Positions 24,301 through 40,200 of a stretch of 64,000 bases of DNA are shown here, piece after piece. Source of the DNA: Eledone cirrhosa (Eukaryota); the NCBI GenBank assembly GCA_964016885.1, contig OZ024745.1:80972001-81036000 (forward strand), given 5' to 3'. The notes beneath the pieces are model-generated. The model was not told the origin of the DNA. It saw only the letters and a program-made list of their open reading frames with translations, and did no database searches. Numbering within the stretch: the stretch's first letter is position 1; every line of letters starts with the position of its first letter. A program made the position numbers and the translations under genes.

Positions 24301-27300
24301 GTAAATCAGGCTTTACTTACCTTAGTCATTGTAAATCAAGCTTTACTTACCTTAGTCATTGTAAATCAAGCTTTACTTACCTTAGTCATTGTAAATCAGG
24401 CTTTACTTACCTTAGTCATTGTAAATCAGGCTTTACTTACCTTAGACATTGTAAATCAAGCTTTACTTACCTTAGTCATTGTAAATCAGGCTTTACTTAC
24501 CTTAGTCATTGTAAATCAAGCTTTAGTTACCTTACTCATTGTAAATCAAGCTTTAGTTACCTTAGTCATTGTAAATCAAGCTTTACTTACCTTAGACATT
24601 GTAAATCAAGCTTTACTTACCTTAGTCATTGTAAATCAAGCTTTACTTACCTTAGACATTGTAAATCAAGATTTACTTACCTTAGTCATTGTAAATCAAG
24701 CTTTACTTACCTTAGTCATTGTAAATCAAGCTCTACTTACCTTAGTCATTGTAAATCAAGCTTTACTTACCTTAGTCATTGTAAATCAAGCTTTACTTAC
24801 CTTAGACATTGTAAATCAAGATTTACTTACCTTAGTCATTGTAAATCAAGCTCTACTTACCTTAGTCATTGTAAATCAAGCTTTAGTTACCTTAGTCATT
24901 GTAAATCAAGCTTTAGTTACCTTAGTCATTGTAAATCAAGCTTTAGTTACCTTAGTCATTGTAAATCAAGCTTTAGTTACCTTAGTCATTGTAAATCAAG
25001 CTCTACTTACCTTAGACATTGTAAATCAAGCTTTACTTACCTTAGACATTGTAAATCAAGCTCTACTTACCTTAGTCATTGTAAATCAAGATTTACTTAC
25101 CTTAGTCATTGTAAATCAAGCTCTACTTACCTTAGTCATTGTAAATCAGGCTTTACTTACCTTAGACATTGTAAATCAGGCTTTACTTACCTTAGTCATT
25201 GTAAATCAAGCTCTACTTACCTTAGTCATTGTAAATCAAGATTTACTTACCTTAGTCATTGTAAATCAAGCTTTACTTACCTTAGTCATTGTAAATCAAG
25301 ATTTACTTACCTTAGTCATTGTAAATCAAGCTCTACTTACCTTAGTCATTGTAAATCAGGCTTTACTTACCTTAGACATTGTAAATCAGGCTTTACTTAC
25401 CTTAGTCATTGTAAATCAAGCTCTACTTACCTTAGTCATTGTAAATCAAGATTTACTTACCTTAGTCATTGTAAATCAAGCTTTACTTACCTTAGTCATT
25501 GTAAATCAAGATTTACTTACCTTAGTCATTGTAAATCAGGCTTTACTTACCTTAGACATTGTAAATCAGGCTTTACTTACCTTAGACATTGTAAATCAGG
25601 CTTTACTTACCTTAGTCATTGTAAATCAAGCTCTACTTACCTTAGTTATTGTAAATCAAGCTTTACTTACCTTAGATATTGTAAATCAAGCTTTACTTAC
25701 CTTAGACATTGTAAATCAGGCTTTACTTACCTTAGTCATTGTAAATCAGGCTCTACTTACCTTAGTCATTGTAAATCAAGCTTTACTTACCTTAGTCATT
25801 GTAAATCAAGCTTTACTTACCTTAGTCATTGTAAATCAGGCTTTACTTACCTTAGACATTGTAAATCAGGCTTTACTTACCTTAGTCATTGTAAATCAAG
25901 CTTTACTTACCTTAGTCATTGTAAATCAGGCTTTACTTACCTTAGTCATTGTAAATCAAGCTTTACTTACCTTAGTCATTGTAAATCAAGCTTTACTTAC
26001 CTTAGTCATTGTAAATCAGGCTTTACTTACCTTAGTCATTGTAAATCAAGCTTTACTTACCTTAGTCATTGTAAATCAAGCTTTACTTACCTTAGTCATT
26101 GTAAATCAGGCTTTACTTACCTTAGTCATTGTAAATCAGGCTTTACTTACCTTAGTCATTGTAAATCAAGATTTACTTACCTTAGTCATTGTAAATCAAG
26201 CTTTACTTACCTTAGTCATTGTAAATCAGGCTTTACTTACCTTAGTCATTGTAAATCAAGCTCTACTTACCTTAGTCATTGTAAATCAAGCTTTACTTAC
26301 CTTAGACATTGTAAATCAGGCTTTACTTACCTTAGACATTGTAAATCAAGCTCTACTTACCTTAGTCATTGTAAATCAAGCTCTACTTACCTTAGTCATT
26401 GTAAATCAAAATTTACTTACCTTAGTCATTGTAAATCAGGCTTTACTTACCTTAGTCATTGTAAATCAAGATTTACTTACCTTAGACATTGTAAATCAGG
26501 CTTTACTTACCTTAGACATTGTAAATCAGGCTTTACTTACCTTAGACATTGTAAATCAAGCTTTACTTACCTTAGTCATTGTAAATCAGGCTCTACTTAC
26601 TTTAGTCATTGTAAATCAGGCTCTACTTACCTTAGACATTGTAAATCAAGCTCTACTTACCTTAGTCATTGTAAATCAAGCTTTACTTACCTTAGTCATT
26701 GTAAATCAAGATTTACTTACCTTAGACATTGTAAATCAAGCTTTACTTACCTTAGACATTGTAAATCAAGCTTTACTTACCTTAGTCATTGTAAATCAAG
26801 CTCTACTTACCTTAGACATTGTAAATCAAGCTCTACTTACCTTAGACATTGTAAATCAAGCTTTACTTACCTTAGTCATTGTAAATCAGGCTCTACTTAC
26901 TTTAGTCATTGTAAATCAGGCTCTACTTACCTTAGACATTGTAAATCAAGCTCTACTTACCTTAGTCATTGTAAATCAAGCTTTACTTACCTTAGTCATT
27001 GTAAATCAAGATTTACTTACCTTAGACATTTTAAATCAAGCTTTACTTACCTTAGACATTGTAAATCAAGCTTTACTTACCTTAGTCATTGTAAATCAAG
27101 CTCTACTTACCTTAGACATTGTAAATCAAGCTCTACTTACCTTAGTCATTGTAAATCAAGCTCTACTTACCTTAGTCATTGTAAATCAAGCTTTACTTAC
27201 CTTAGTCATTGTAAATCAGGCTTTACTTACCTTAGTCATTGTAAATCAGGCTTTACTTACCTTAGTTATTGTAAATCAGGCTTTACTTACCTTAGTCATT

Positions 27301-30300
27301 GTAAATCAGGCTTTACTTACCTTAGACATTGTAAATCAGGCTTTACTTACCTTAGACATTGTAAATCAGGCTTTACTTACCTTAGACATTGTAAATCAGG
27401 CTTTACTTACCTTAGTCATTGTAAATCAGGCTTTACTTACCTTAGACATTGTAAATCAGGCTTTACTTACCTTAGACATTGTAAATCAGGCTTTACTTAC
27501 CTTAGTCATTGTAAATCAGGCTTTACTTACCTTAGACATTGTAAATCAGGCTTTACTTACCTTAGACATTGTAAATCAGGCTTTACGTACCTTAGTCATT
27601 GTAAATCAGGCTTTACTTACCTTAGACATTGTAAATCAGGCTTTACTTACCTTAGACATTGTAAATCAGGCTTTACTTACCTTAGTCATTGTAAATCAGG
27701 CTTTACTTACCTTAGACATTGTAAATCAGGCTTTACTTACCTTAGACATTGTAAATCAGGCTTTACTTACCTTAGTCGTTGTAAATCAGGCTTTACGTAC
27801 CTTAGACATTGTAAATCAAGCTCTACTTACCTTAGTCATTGTAAATCAAGATTTACTTACCTTAGACATTGTAAATCAGGCTTTACTTACCTTAGACATT
27901 GTAAATCAGGCTTTACGTACCTTAGTCATTGTAAATCAGGCTTTACTTACCTTAGACATTGTAAATCAGGCTTTACTTACCTTAGTCATTGTAAATCAGG
28001 CTTTACTTACCTTAGTCATTGTAAATCAAGATTTACTTACCTTAGTCATTGTAAATCAGGCTTTACTTACCTTAGTCATTGTAAATCAGGCTTTACTTAC
28101 CTTAGACATTGTAATCAGGCTTTACTTACCTTAGTCATTGTAAATCAAGCTTTACTTACCTTAGTCATTGTAAATCAAGATTTACTTACCTTAGACATTG
28201 TAAATCAAGCTTTACTTACCTTAGACATTGTAAATCAAGCTTTACTTACCTTAGTCATTGTAAATCAAGCTCTACTTACCTTAGACATTGTAAATCAAGC
28301 TCTACTTACCTTAGTCATTGTAAATCAAGCTCTACTTACCTTAGTCATTGTAAATCAAGCTTTACTTACCTTAGTCATTGTAAATCAGGCTTTACTTACC
28401 TTAGTCATTGTAAATCAGGCTTTACTTACCTTAGTTATTGTAAATCAGGCTTTACTTACCTTAGTCATTGTAAATCAGGCTTTACTTACCTTAGTCATTG
28501 TAAATCAGGCTTTACTTACCTTAGACATTGTAAATCTGGCTTTACTTACCTTAGACATTGTAAATCAGGCTTTACTTACCTTAGACATTGTAAATCAGGC
28601 TTTACTTACCTTAGTCATTGTAAATCAGGCTTTACTTACCTTAGACATTGTAAATCAGGCTTTACTTACCTTAGACATTGTAAATCAGGCTTTACTTACC
28701 TTAGTCATTGTAAATCAGGCTTTACTTACCTTAGACATTGTAAATCAGGCTTTACTTACCTTAGACATTGTAAATCAGGCTTTACGTACCTTAGTCATTG
28801 TAAATCAGGCTTTACTTACCTTAGACATTGTAAATCAGGCTTTACTTACCTTAGACATTGTAAATCAGGCTTTACTTACCTTAGTCATTGTAAATCAGGC
28901 TTTACTTACCTTAGACATTGTAAATCAGGCTTTACTTACCTTAGACATTGTAAATCAGGCTTTACTTACCTTAGTCGTTGTAAATCAGGCTTTACGTACC
29001 TTAGACATTGTAAATCAAGCTCTACTTACCTTAGTCATTGTAAATCAAGATTTACTTACCTTAGACATTGTAAATCAGGCTTTACTTACCTTAGACATTG
29101 TAAATCAGGCTTTACGTACCTTAGTCATTGTAAATCAGGCTTTACTTACCTTAGACATTGTAAATCAGGCTTTACTTACCTTAGTCATTGTAAATCAGGC
29201 TTTACTTACCTTAGTCATTGTAAATCAAGATTTACTTACCTTAGTCATTGTAAATCAGGCTTTACTTACCTTAGTCATTGTAAATCAGGCTTTACTTACC
29301 TTAGACATTGTAATCAGGCTTTACTTACCTTAGTCATTGTAAATCAAGCTTTACTTACCTTAGACATTGTAATCAGGCTTTACTTACCTTAGTCATTGTA
29401 AATCAAGCTTTACTTACCTTAGACATTGTAAATCAGGCTTTACTTACCTTAGTCATTGTAAATCAAGATTTACTTACCTTAGACATTGTAATCAGGCTTT
29501 ACTTACCTTAGACATTGTAATCAGGCTTTACTTACCTTAGACATTGTAAATCAGGCTTTACTTACCTTAGACATTGTAAATCAGGCTTTACTTACCTTAG
29601 TCATTGTAAATCAGGCTCTACTTACCTTAGTCATTGTAAATCAAGATTTACTTACCTTAGACATTGTAATCAGGCTTTACTTACCTTAGACATTGTAATC
29701 AGGCTTTACTTACCTTAGACATTGTAAATCAGGCTTTACTTACCTTAGTCATTGTAAATCAGGCTTTACGTACCTTAGTCATTGTAAATCAGGCTCTACT
29801 TACCTTAGTCATTGTAAATCAAGATTTACTTACCTTAGACATTGTAATCAGGCTTTACTTACCTTAGACATTGTAATCAGGCTTTACTTACCTTAGACAT
29901 TGTAATCAGGCTTTACTTACCTTAGACATTGTAAATCAGGCTTTACTTACCTTAGTCATTGTAAATCAGGCTCTACTTACCTTAGTCATTGTAAATCAAG
30001 ATTTACTTACCTTAGACATTGTAATCAGGCTTTACTTACCTTAGACATTGTAATCAGGCTTTACTTACCTTAGACATTGTAAATCAGGCTTTACTTACCT
30101 TAGTCATTGTAAATCAGGCTCTACTTACCTTAGACATTGTAAATCAGGCTTTACTTACCTTAGACATTGTAATCAGGCTTTACTTACCTTAGACATTGTA
30201 ATCAGGCTTTACTTACCTTAGACATTGTAAATCAGGCTTTACTTACCTTAGACATTGTAAATCAGGCTTTACTTACCTTAGTCATTGTAAATCAGGCTCT

Positions 30301-33300
30301 ACTTACCTTAGACATTGTAAATCAAGCTTTACTTACCTTAGTCATTGTAAATCAAGCTCTACTTACCTTAGTCATTGTAAATCAGGCTTTACTTACCTTA
30401 GACATTGTAAATCAGGCTTTACGTACCTTAGTCATTGTAAATCAGGCTTTACTTACCTTAGACATTGTAAATCAGGCTTTACTTACCTTAGTCATTGTAA
30501 ATCAGGCTTTACTTACCTTAGTCATTGTAAATCAAGATTTACTTACCTTAGTCATTGTAAATCAGGCTTTACTTACCTTAGTCATTGTAAATCAGGCTTT
30601 ACTTACCTTAGACATTGTAATCAGGCTTTACTTACCTTAGTCATTGTAAATCAAGCTTTACTTACCTTAGACATTGTAATCAGGCTTTACTTACCTTAGT
30701 CATTGTAAATCAAGCTTTACTTACCTTAGACATTGTAAATCAGGCTTTACTTACCTTAGTCATTGTAAATCAAGATTTACTTACCTTAGACATTGTAATC
30801 AGGCTTTACTTACCTTAGACATTGTAATCAGGCTTTACTTACCTTAGACATTGTAAATCAGGCTTTACTTACCTTAGACATTGTAAATCAGGCTTTACTT
30901 ACCTTAGTCATTGTAAATCAGGCTCTACTTACCTTAGTCATTGTAAATCAAGATTTACTTACCTTAGACATTGTAATCAGGCTTTACTTACCTTAGACAT
31001 TGTAATCAGGCTTTACTTACCTTAGACATTGTAAATCAGGCTTTACTTACCTTAGTCATTGTAAATCAGGCTTTACGTACCTTAGTCATTGTAAATCAGG
31101 CTCTACTTACCTTAGTCATTGTAAATCAAGATTTACTTACCTTAGACATTGTAATCAGGCTTTACTTACCTTAGACATTGTAATCAGGCTTTACTTACCT
31201 TAGACATTGTAATCAGGCTTTACTTACCTTAGACATTGTAAATCAGGCTTTACTTACCTTAGTCATTGTAAATCAGGCTCTACTTACCTTAGTCATTGTA
31301 AATCAAGATTTACTTACCTTAGACATTGTAATCAGGCTTTACTTACCTTAGACATTGTAATCAGGCTTTACTTACCTTAGACATTGTAAATCAGGCTTTA
31401 CTTACCTTAGTCATTGTAAATCAGGCTCTACTTACCTTAGACATTGTAAATCAGGCTTTACTTACCTTAGACATTGTAATCAGGCTTTACTTACCTTAGA
31501 CATTGTAATCAGGCTTTACTTACCTTAGACATTGTAAATCAGGCTTTACTTACCTTAGACATTGTAAATCAGGCTTTACTTACCTTAGTCATTGTAAATC
31601 AGGCTCTACTTACCTTAGACATTGTAAATCAAGCTTTACTTACCTTAGTCATTGTAAATCAAGCTCTACTTACCTTAGTCATTGTAAATCAAGCTTTAGT
31701 TACCTTAGTCATTGTAAATCAAGCTTTACTTACCTTAGTCATTGTAAATCAAGCTCTACTTACCTTAGCCATTGTAAATCAAGCTTTAGTTACCTTAGAC
31801 ATTGTAAATCAAGATTTACTTACCTTAGTCATTGTAAATCAAGCTTTACTTACCTTAGACATTGTAAATCAAGATTTACTTACCTTAGTCATTGTAAATC
31901 AAGCTTTACTTACCTTAGACATTGTAAATCAGGCTTTACTTACCTTAGACATTGTAAATCAGGCTTTACTTACCTTAGTCATTGTAAATCAGGCTCTACT
32001 TACCTTAGTCATTGTAAATCAAGATTTAATTACCTTAGACATTGTAATCAGGCTTTACTTACCTTAGACATTGTAATCAGGCTTTACTTACCTTAGACAT
32101 TGTAAATCAGGCTTTACTTACCTTAGTCATTGTAAATCAGGCTTTACGTACCTTAGTCATTGTAAATCAGGCTCTACTTACCTTAGTCATTGTAAATCAA
32201 GATTTACTTACCTTAGACATTGTAATCAGGCTTTACTTACCTTAGACATTGTAATCAGGCTTTACTTACCTTAGACATTGTAATCAGGCTTTACTTACCT
32301 TAGACATTGTAAATCAGGCTTTACTTACCTTAGTCATTGTAAATCAGGCTCTACTTACCTTAGTCATTGTAAATCAAGATTTACTTACCTTAGACATTGT
32401 AATCAGGCTTTACTTACCTTAGACATTGTAATCAGGCTTTACTTACCTTAGACATTGTAAATCAGGCTTTACTTACCTTAGTCATTGTAAATCAGGCTCT
32501 ACTTACCTTAGACATTGTAAATCAGGCTTTACTTACCTTAGACATTGTAATCAGGCTTTACTTACCTTAGACATTGTAATCAGGCTTTACTTACCTTAGA
32601 CATTGTAATCAGGCTTTACTTACCTTAGACATTGTAAATCAGGCTTTACTTACCTTAGTCATTGTAAATCAGGCTCTACTTACCTTAGACATTGTAAATC
32701 AAGCTTTACTTACCTTAGTCATTGTAAATCAAGCTCTACTTACCTTAGTCATTGTAAATCAAGCTTTAGTTACCTTAGTCATTGTAAATCAAGCTTTACT
32801 TACCTTAGTCATTGTAAATCAAGCTCTACTTACCTTAGCCATTGTAAATCAAGCTTTAGTTACCTTAGACATTGTAAATCAAGATTTACTTACCTTAGTC
32901 ATTGTAAATCAAGCTTTACTTACCTTAGACATTGTAAATCAAGATTTACTTACCTTAGTCATTGTAAATCAAGCTTTACTTACCTTAGACATTGTAAATC
33001 AAGCTTTACTTACCTTAGACATTGTAAATCAAGCTTTACTTACCTTAGTCATTGTAAATCAAGCTCTACTTACCTTAGTCATTGTAAATCAAGCTTTAGT
33101 TACCTTAGTCATTGTAAATCAAGCTTTAGTTACCTTAGTCATTGTAAATCAAGCTTTAGTTACCTTAGACATTGTAAATCAAGATTTACTTACCTTAGTC
33201 ATTGTAAATCAAGCTCTACTTACCTTAGTCATTGTAAATCAAGCTTTAGTTACCTTAGTCATTGTAAATCAAGCTTTAGTTACCTTAGTCATTGTAAATC

Positions 33301-34299
33301 AAGCTTTACTTACCTTAGACATTGTAAATCAAGATTTACTTACCTTAGTCATTGTAAATCAAGCTCTACTTACCTTAGTCATTGTAAATCAAGCTTTAGT
33401 TACCTTAGTCATTGTAAATCAAGCTTTAGTTACCTTAGTCATTGTAAATCAAGCTTTACTTACCTTAGACATTGTAAATCAAGCTTTACTTACCTTAGAC
33501 ATTGTAAATCAAGCTTTACTTACCTTAGTCATTGTAAATCAAGCTTTACTTACCTTAGACATTGTAAATCAAGATTTACTTACCTTAGTCATTGTAAATC
33601 AAGCTTTACTTACCTTAGTCATTGTAAATCAAGCTCTACTTACCTTAGTCATTGTAAATCAAGCTTTACTTACCTTAGTCATTGTAAATCAAGCTTTACT
33701 TACCTTAGACATTGTAAATCAAGATTTACTTACCTTAGTCATTGTAAATCAAGCTCTACTTACCTTAGTCATTGTAAATCAAGCTTTAGTTACCTTAGTC
33801 ATTGTAAATCAAGCTTTAGTTACCTTAGTCATTGTAAATCAAGCTCTACTTACCTTAGACATTGTAAATCAAGCTTTACTTACCTTAGACATTGTAAATC
33901 AAGCTCTTCTTACCTTAGTCATTGTAAATCAAGATTTACTTACCTTAGTCATTGTAAATCAAGCTCTACTTACCTTAGTCATTGTAAATCAGGCTTTACT
34001 TACCTTAGACATTGTAAATCAGGCTTTACTTACCTTAGTCATTGTAAATCAAGCTCTACTTACCTTAGTCATTGTAAATCAAGATTTACTTACCTTAGTC
34101 ATTGTAAATCAAGCTTTACTTACCTTAGTCATTGTAAATCAAGATTTACTTACCTTAGTCATTGTAAATCAAGCTCTACTTACCTTAGTCATTGTAAATC
34201 AGGCTTTACTTACCTTAGACATTGTAAATCAGGCTTTACTTACCTTAGTCATTGTAAATCAAGCTCTACTTACCTTAGTCATTGTAAATCAAGATTTAC

Positions 34300-37200
34300 T
34301 TACCTTAGTCATTGTAAATCAAGCTTTACTTACCTTAGTCATTGTAAATCAAGATTTACTTACCTTAGTCATTGTAAATCAGGCTTTACTTACCTTAGAC
34401 ATTGTAAATCAGGCTTTACTTACCTTAGACATTGTAAATCAGGCTTTACTTACCTTAGTCATTGTAAATCAAGCTCTACTTACCTTAGTCATTGTAAATC
34501 AAGCTTTACTTACCTTAGACATTGTAAATCAAGCTTTACTTACCTTAGACATTGTAAATCAGGCTTTACTTACCTTAGTCATTGTAAATCAGGCTCTACT
34601 TACCTTAGTCATTGTAAATCAAGCTTTACTTACCTTAGTCATTGTAAATCAAGCTTTACTTACCTTAGTCATTGTAAATCAGGCTTTACTTACCTTAGAC
34701 ATTGTAAATCAGGCTTTACTTACCTTAGTCATTGTAAATCAAGCTTTACTTACCTTAGTCATTGTAAATCAGGCTTTACTTACCTTAGTCATTGTAAATC
34801 AAGCTTTACTTACCTTAGTCATTGTAAATCAAGCTTTACTTACCTTAGTCATTGTAAATCAAGCTTTACTTACCTTAGTCATTGTAAATCAGGCTTTACT
34901 TACCTTAGTCATTGTAAATCAGGCTTTACTTACCTTAGTCATTGTAAATCAAGATTTACTTACCTTAGTCATTGTTAATCAAGCTTTACTTACCTTAGTC
35001 ATTGTAAATCAGGCTTTACTTACCTTAGTCATTGTAAATCAAGCTCTACTTACCTTAGTCATTGTAAATCAAGCTTTACTTACCTTAGTCATTGTAAATC
35101 AAGCTTTACTTACCTTAGACATTGTAAATCAGGCTTTACTTACCTTAGTCATTGTAAATCAAGATTTACTTACCTTAGTCATTGTAAATCAGGCTCTACT
35201 TACCTTAGACATTGTAAATCAGGCTTTACTTACCTTAGACATTGTAAATCAGGCTTTACTTACCTTAGACATTGTAAATCAGGCTTTACTTACCTTAGAC
35301 ATTGTAAATCAAGCTCTACTTACCTTAGTCATTGTAAATCAAGCTCTACTTACCTTAGTCATTGTAAATCAAGATTTACTTACCTTAGTCATTGTAAATC
35401 AGGCTTTACTTACCTTAGTCATTGTAAATCAAGATTTACTTACCTTAGACATTGTAAATCAGGCTTTACTTACCTTAGACATTGTAAATCAGGCTTTACT
35501 TACCTTAGACATTGTAAATCAAGCTTTACTTACCTTAGTCATTGTAAATCAGGCTCTACTTACTTTAGTCATTGTAAATCAGGCTCTACTTACCTTAGAC
35601 ATTGTAAATCAAGCTCTACTTACCTTAGTCATTGTAAATCCAGCTTTACTTACCTTAGTCATTGTAAATCAAGATTTACTTACCTTAGACATTGTAAATC
35701 AAGCTTTACTTACCTTAGACATTGTAAATCAAGCTTTACTTACCTTAGTCATTGTAAATCAAGCTCTACTTACCTTAGACATTGTAAATCAAGCTCTACT
35801 TACCTTAGTCATTGTAAATCAAGCTCTACTTACCTTAGTCATTGTAAATCAAGCTTTACTTACCTTAGTCATTGTAAATCAGGCTTTACTTACCTTAGTC
35901 ATTGTAAATCAGGCTTTACTTACCTTAGTTATTGTAAATCAGGCTTTACTTACCTTAGTCATTGTAAATCAGGCTTTACTTACCTTAGTCATTGTAAATC
36001 AGGCTTTACTTACCTTAGACATTGTAAATCAGGCTTTACTTACCTTAGACATTGTAAATCAGGCTTTACTTACCTTAGACATTGTAAATCAGGCTTTACT
36101 TACCTTAGTCATTGTAAATCAGGCTTTACTTACCTTAGACATTGTAAATCAGGCTTTACTTACCTTAGACATTGTAAATCAGGCTTTACTTACCTTAGTC
36201 ATTGTAAATCAGGCTTTACTTACCTTAGACATTGTAAATCAGGCTTTACTTACCTTAGACATTGTAAATCAGGCTTTACGTACCTTAGTCATTGTAAATC
36301 AGGCTTTACTTACCTTAGACATTGTAAATCAGGCTTTACTTACCTTAGACATTGTAAATCAGGCTTTACTTACCTTAGTCATTGTAAATCAGGCTTTACT
36401 TACCTTAGACATTGTAAATCAGGCTTTACTTACCTTAGACATTGTAAATCAGGCTTTACTTACCTTAGTCGTTGTAAATCAGGCTTTACGTACCTTAGAC
36501 ATTGTAAATCAAGCTCTACTTACCTTAGTCATTGTAAATCAAGATTTACTTACCTTAGACATTGTAAATCAGGCTTTTCTTACCTTAGACATTGTAAATC
36601 AGGCTTTACGTACCTTAGTCATTGTAAATCAGGCTTTACTTACCTTAGACATTGTAAATCAGGCTTTACTTACCTTAGTCATTGTAAATCAGGCTTTACT
36701 TACCTTAGTCATTGTAAATCAAGATTTACTTACCTTAGTCATTGTAAATCAGGCTTTACTTACCTTAGTCATTGTAAATCAGGCTTTACTTACCTTAGAC
36801 ATTGTAATCAGGCTTTACTTACCTTAGTCATTGTAAATCAAGCTTTACTTACCTTAGACATTGTAATCAGGCTTTACTTACCTTAGTCATTGTAAATCAA
36901 GCTTTACTTACCTTAGACATTGTAAATCAGGCTTTACTTACCTTAGTCATTGTAAATCAAGATTTACTTACCTTAGACATTGTAATCAGGCTTTACTTAC
37001 CTTAGACATTGTAATCAGGCTTTACTTACCTTAGACATTGTAAATCAGGCTTTACTTACCTTAGACATTGTAAATCAGGCTTTACTTACCTTAGTCATTG
37101 TAAATCAGGCTCTACTTACCTTAGTCATTGTAAATCAAGATTTACTTACCTTAGACATTGTAATCAGGCTTTACTTACCTTAGACATTGTAATCAGGCTT

Positions 37201-40200
37201 TACTTACCTTAGACATTGTAAATCAGGCTTTACTTACCTTAGTCATTGTAAATCAGGCTTTACGTACCTTAGTCATTGTAAATCAGGCTCTACTTACCTT
37301 AGTCATTGTAAATCAAGATTTACTTACCTTAGACATTGTAATCAGGCTTTACTTACCTTAGTCATTGTAAATCAAGATTTACTTACCTTAGACATTGTAA
37401 ATCAGGCTTTACTTACCTTAGTCATTGTAAATCAGGCTTTACGTACCTTAGACATTGTAAATCAGGCTTTACTTACCTTAGTCATTGTAATTCAGGCTTT
37501 ACGTACCTTAGACATTGTAAATCAGGCTCTACTTACCTTAGTCATTGTAAATCAGGCTTTACTTACCTTAGACATTGTAAATCAGGCTTTACTTACCTTA
37601 GACATTGTAAATCAGGCTCTACTTACCTTAGACATTGTAAATCAAGCTCTACTTACCTTAGTCATTGTAAATCAAGCTTTACTTACCTTAGTCATTGTAA
37701 ATCAAGCTTTACTTACCTTAGACATTGTAAATCAAGCTTTACTTACCTTAGTCATTGTAAATCAAGCTTTACTTACCTTAGTCATTGTAAATCAAGCTTT
37801 ACTTACCTTAGTCATTGTAAATCAAGCTTTACTTACCTTAGTCATTGTAAATCAGGCTTTACTTACCTTAGACATTGTAATCAGGCTTTACTTACCTTAG
37901 ACATTGTAAATCAGGCTTTACTTACCTTAGACATTGTAATCAGGCTTTACTTACCTTAGACATTGTAATCAGGCTTTACTTACCTTAGACATTGTAAATC
38001 AGGCTTTGCTTACCTTAGTCATTGTAAATCAGACTCTACTTACCTTAGTCATTGTAAATCAAGCTTTACTTACCTTAGACATTGTAAATCAGGCTTTACT
38101 TACCTTAGACATTGTAAATCAGGCTCTACTTACCTTAGTCATTGTAAATCAGGCTCTACTTACCTTAGTCATTGTAAATCAAGCTTTACTTACCTTAGAC
38201 ATTGTAAATCAGGCTCTACTTACCTTAGTCATTGTAAATCAGGCTCTACTTACCTTAGTCATTGTAAATCAAGCTTTACTTACCTTAGACATTGTAAATC
38301 AGGCTCTACTTACCTTAGTCATTGTAAATCAGGCTCTACTTACCTTAGTCATTGTAAATCAAGCTTTACTTACCTTAGTCATTGTAAATCAGGCTTTACT
38401 TACCTTAGTCATTGTAAATCAGGCTTTACTTACCTTAGACATTGTAAATCAGGCTTTACTTACCTTAGTCATTGTAAATCAGGCTTTACTTACCTTAGAC
38501 ATTGTAAATCAAGCTCTACTTACCTTAGTCATTGTAAATCAGGCTTTACTTACCTTAGTCATTGTAAATCAAGCTTTACTTACCTTAGTCATTGTAAATC
38601 AGGCTTTACTTACCTTAGACATTGTAAATCAGGCTTTACTTACCTTAGTCATTGTAAATCAGGCTCTACTTACCTTAGACATTGTAAATCAGGCTTTACT
38701 TACCTTAGTCATTGTAAATCAGGCTTTACTTACCTTAGTCATTGTAAATCAGGCTTTACTTACCTTAGACATTGTAAATCAGGCTTTACTTACCTTAGAC
38801 ATTGTAAATCAAGCTTTAGTTACCTTAGTCATTGTAAATCAGGCTTTACTTACCTTAGTCATTGTAAATCAGGCTTTACTTACCTTAGTCATTGTAAATC
38901 AGGCTTTACTTACCTTAGTCATTGTAAATCAGGCTTTACTTACCTTAGTCATTGTAAATCAGGCTTTACTTACCTTAGTCATTGTAAATCAGGCTTTACT
39001 TAACTTAGTCATTGTAAATCAGGCTTTACTTACCTTAGACATTGTAAATCAAGCTTTACTTACCCTAGTCATTGTAAATCAGGCTTTACTTACCTTAGAC
39101 ATTGTAAATCAGGCTTTACTTACCTTAGTCATTGTAAATTATGCTTTACTTACCTTAGTCATTGTAAATCATGCTTTACTTACCTTAGACATTGTAAATC
39201 AGGCTTTACTTACCTTAGTCATTGTAAATCAGGCTTTACTTACCTTAGTCATTGTAAATCAGGCTTTACTTACCTTAGTCATTGTAAATCAGGCTTTACT
39301 TACCTTAGACATTGTAATCAGGCTTTACTTACCTTAGTCATTGTAAATCAAGCTTTACTTACCTTAGTCATTGTAAATCAAGCTTTACTTACCTTAGACA
39401 TTGTAAATCAGGCTTTACTTACCTTAGTCATTGTAAATCAAGATTTACTTACCTTAGACATTGTAATCAGGCTTTACTTACCTTAGACATTGTAATCAGG
39501 CTTTACTTACCTTAGACATTGTAAATCAGGCTTTACTTACCTTAGACATTGTAAATCAGGCTTTACTTACCTTAGTCATTGTAAATCAGGCTCTACTTAC
39601 CTTAGTCATTGTAAATCAAGATTTACTTACCTTAGACATTGTAATCAGGCTTTACTTACCTTAGACATTGTAATCAGGCTTTACTTACCTTAGACATTGT
39701 AAATCAGGCTTTACTTACCTTAGTCATTGTAAATCAGGCTTTACGTACCTTAGTCATTGTAAATCAGGCTCTACTTACCTTAGTCATTGTAAATCAAGAT
39801 TTACTTACCTTAGACATTGTAATCAGGCTTTACTTACCTTAGACATTGTAATCAGGCTTTACTTACCTTAGACATTGTAATCAGGCTTTACTTACCTTAG
39901 ACATTGTAAATCAGGCTTTACTTACCTTAGTCATTGTAAATCAGGCTCTACTTACCTTAGTCATTGTAAATCAAGATTTACTTACCTTAGACATTGTAAT
40001 CAGGCTTTACTTACCTTAGACATTGTAATCAGGCTTTACTTACCTTAGACATTGTAAATCAGGCTTTACTTACCTTAGTCATTGTAAATCAGGCTCTACT
40101 TACCTTAGACATTGTAAATCAGGCTTTACTTACCTTAGACATTGTAATCAGGCTTTACTTACCTTAGACATTGTAATCAGGCTTTACTTACCTTAGACAT

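Noticed and set aside
18331-28134. 3267-aa ORF of (HCKSGFTYLS)n/(LLTLVIVNQA)n repeats, and 18272-18946
   Set aside because: The 30-bp monomer is stop-free in two + frames by chance. The ORF switches peptide at a 1-nt deletion (~22235), starts in the antisense LINE 5' end, and the same frames are open throughout the array.
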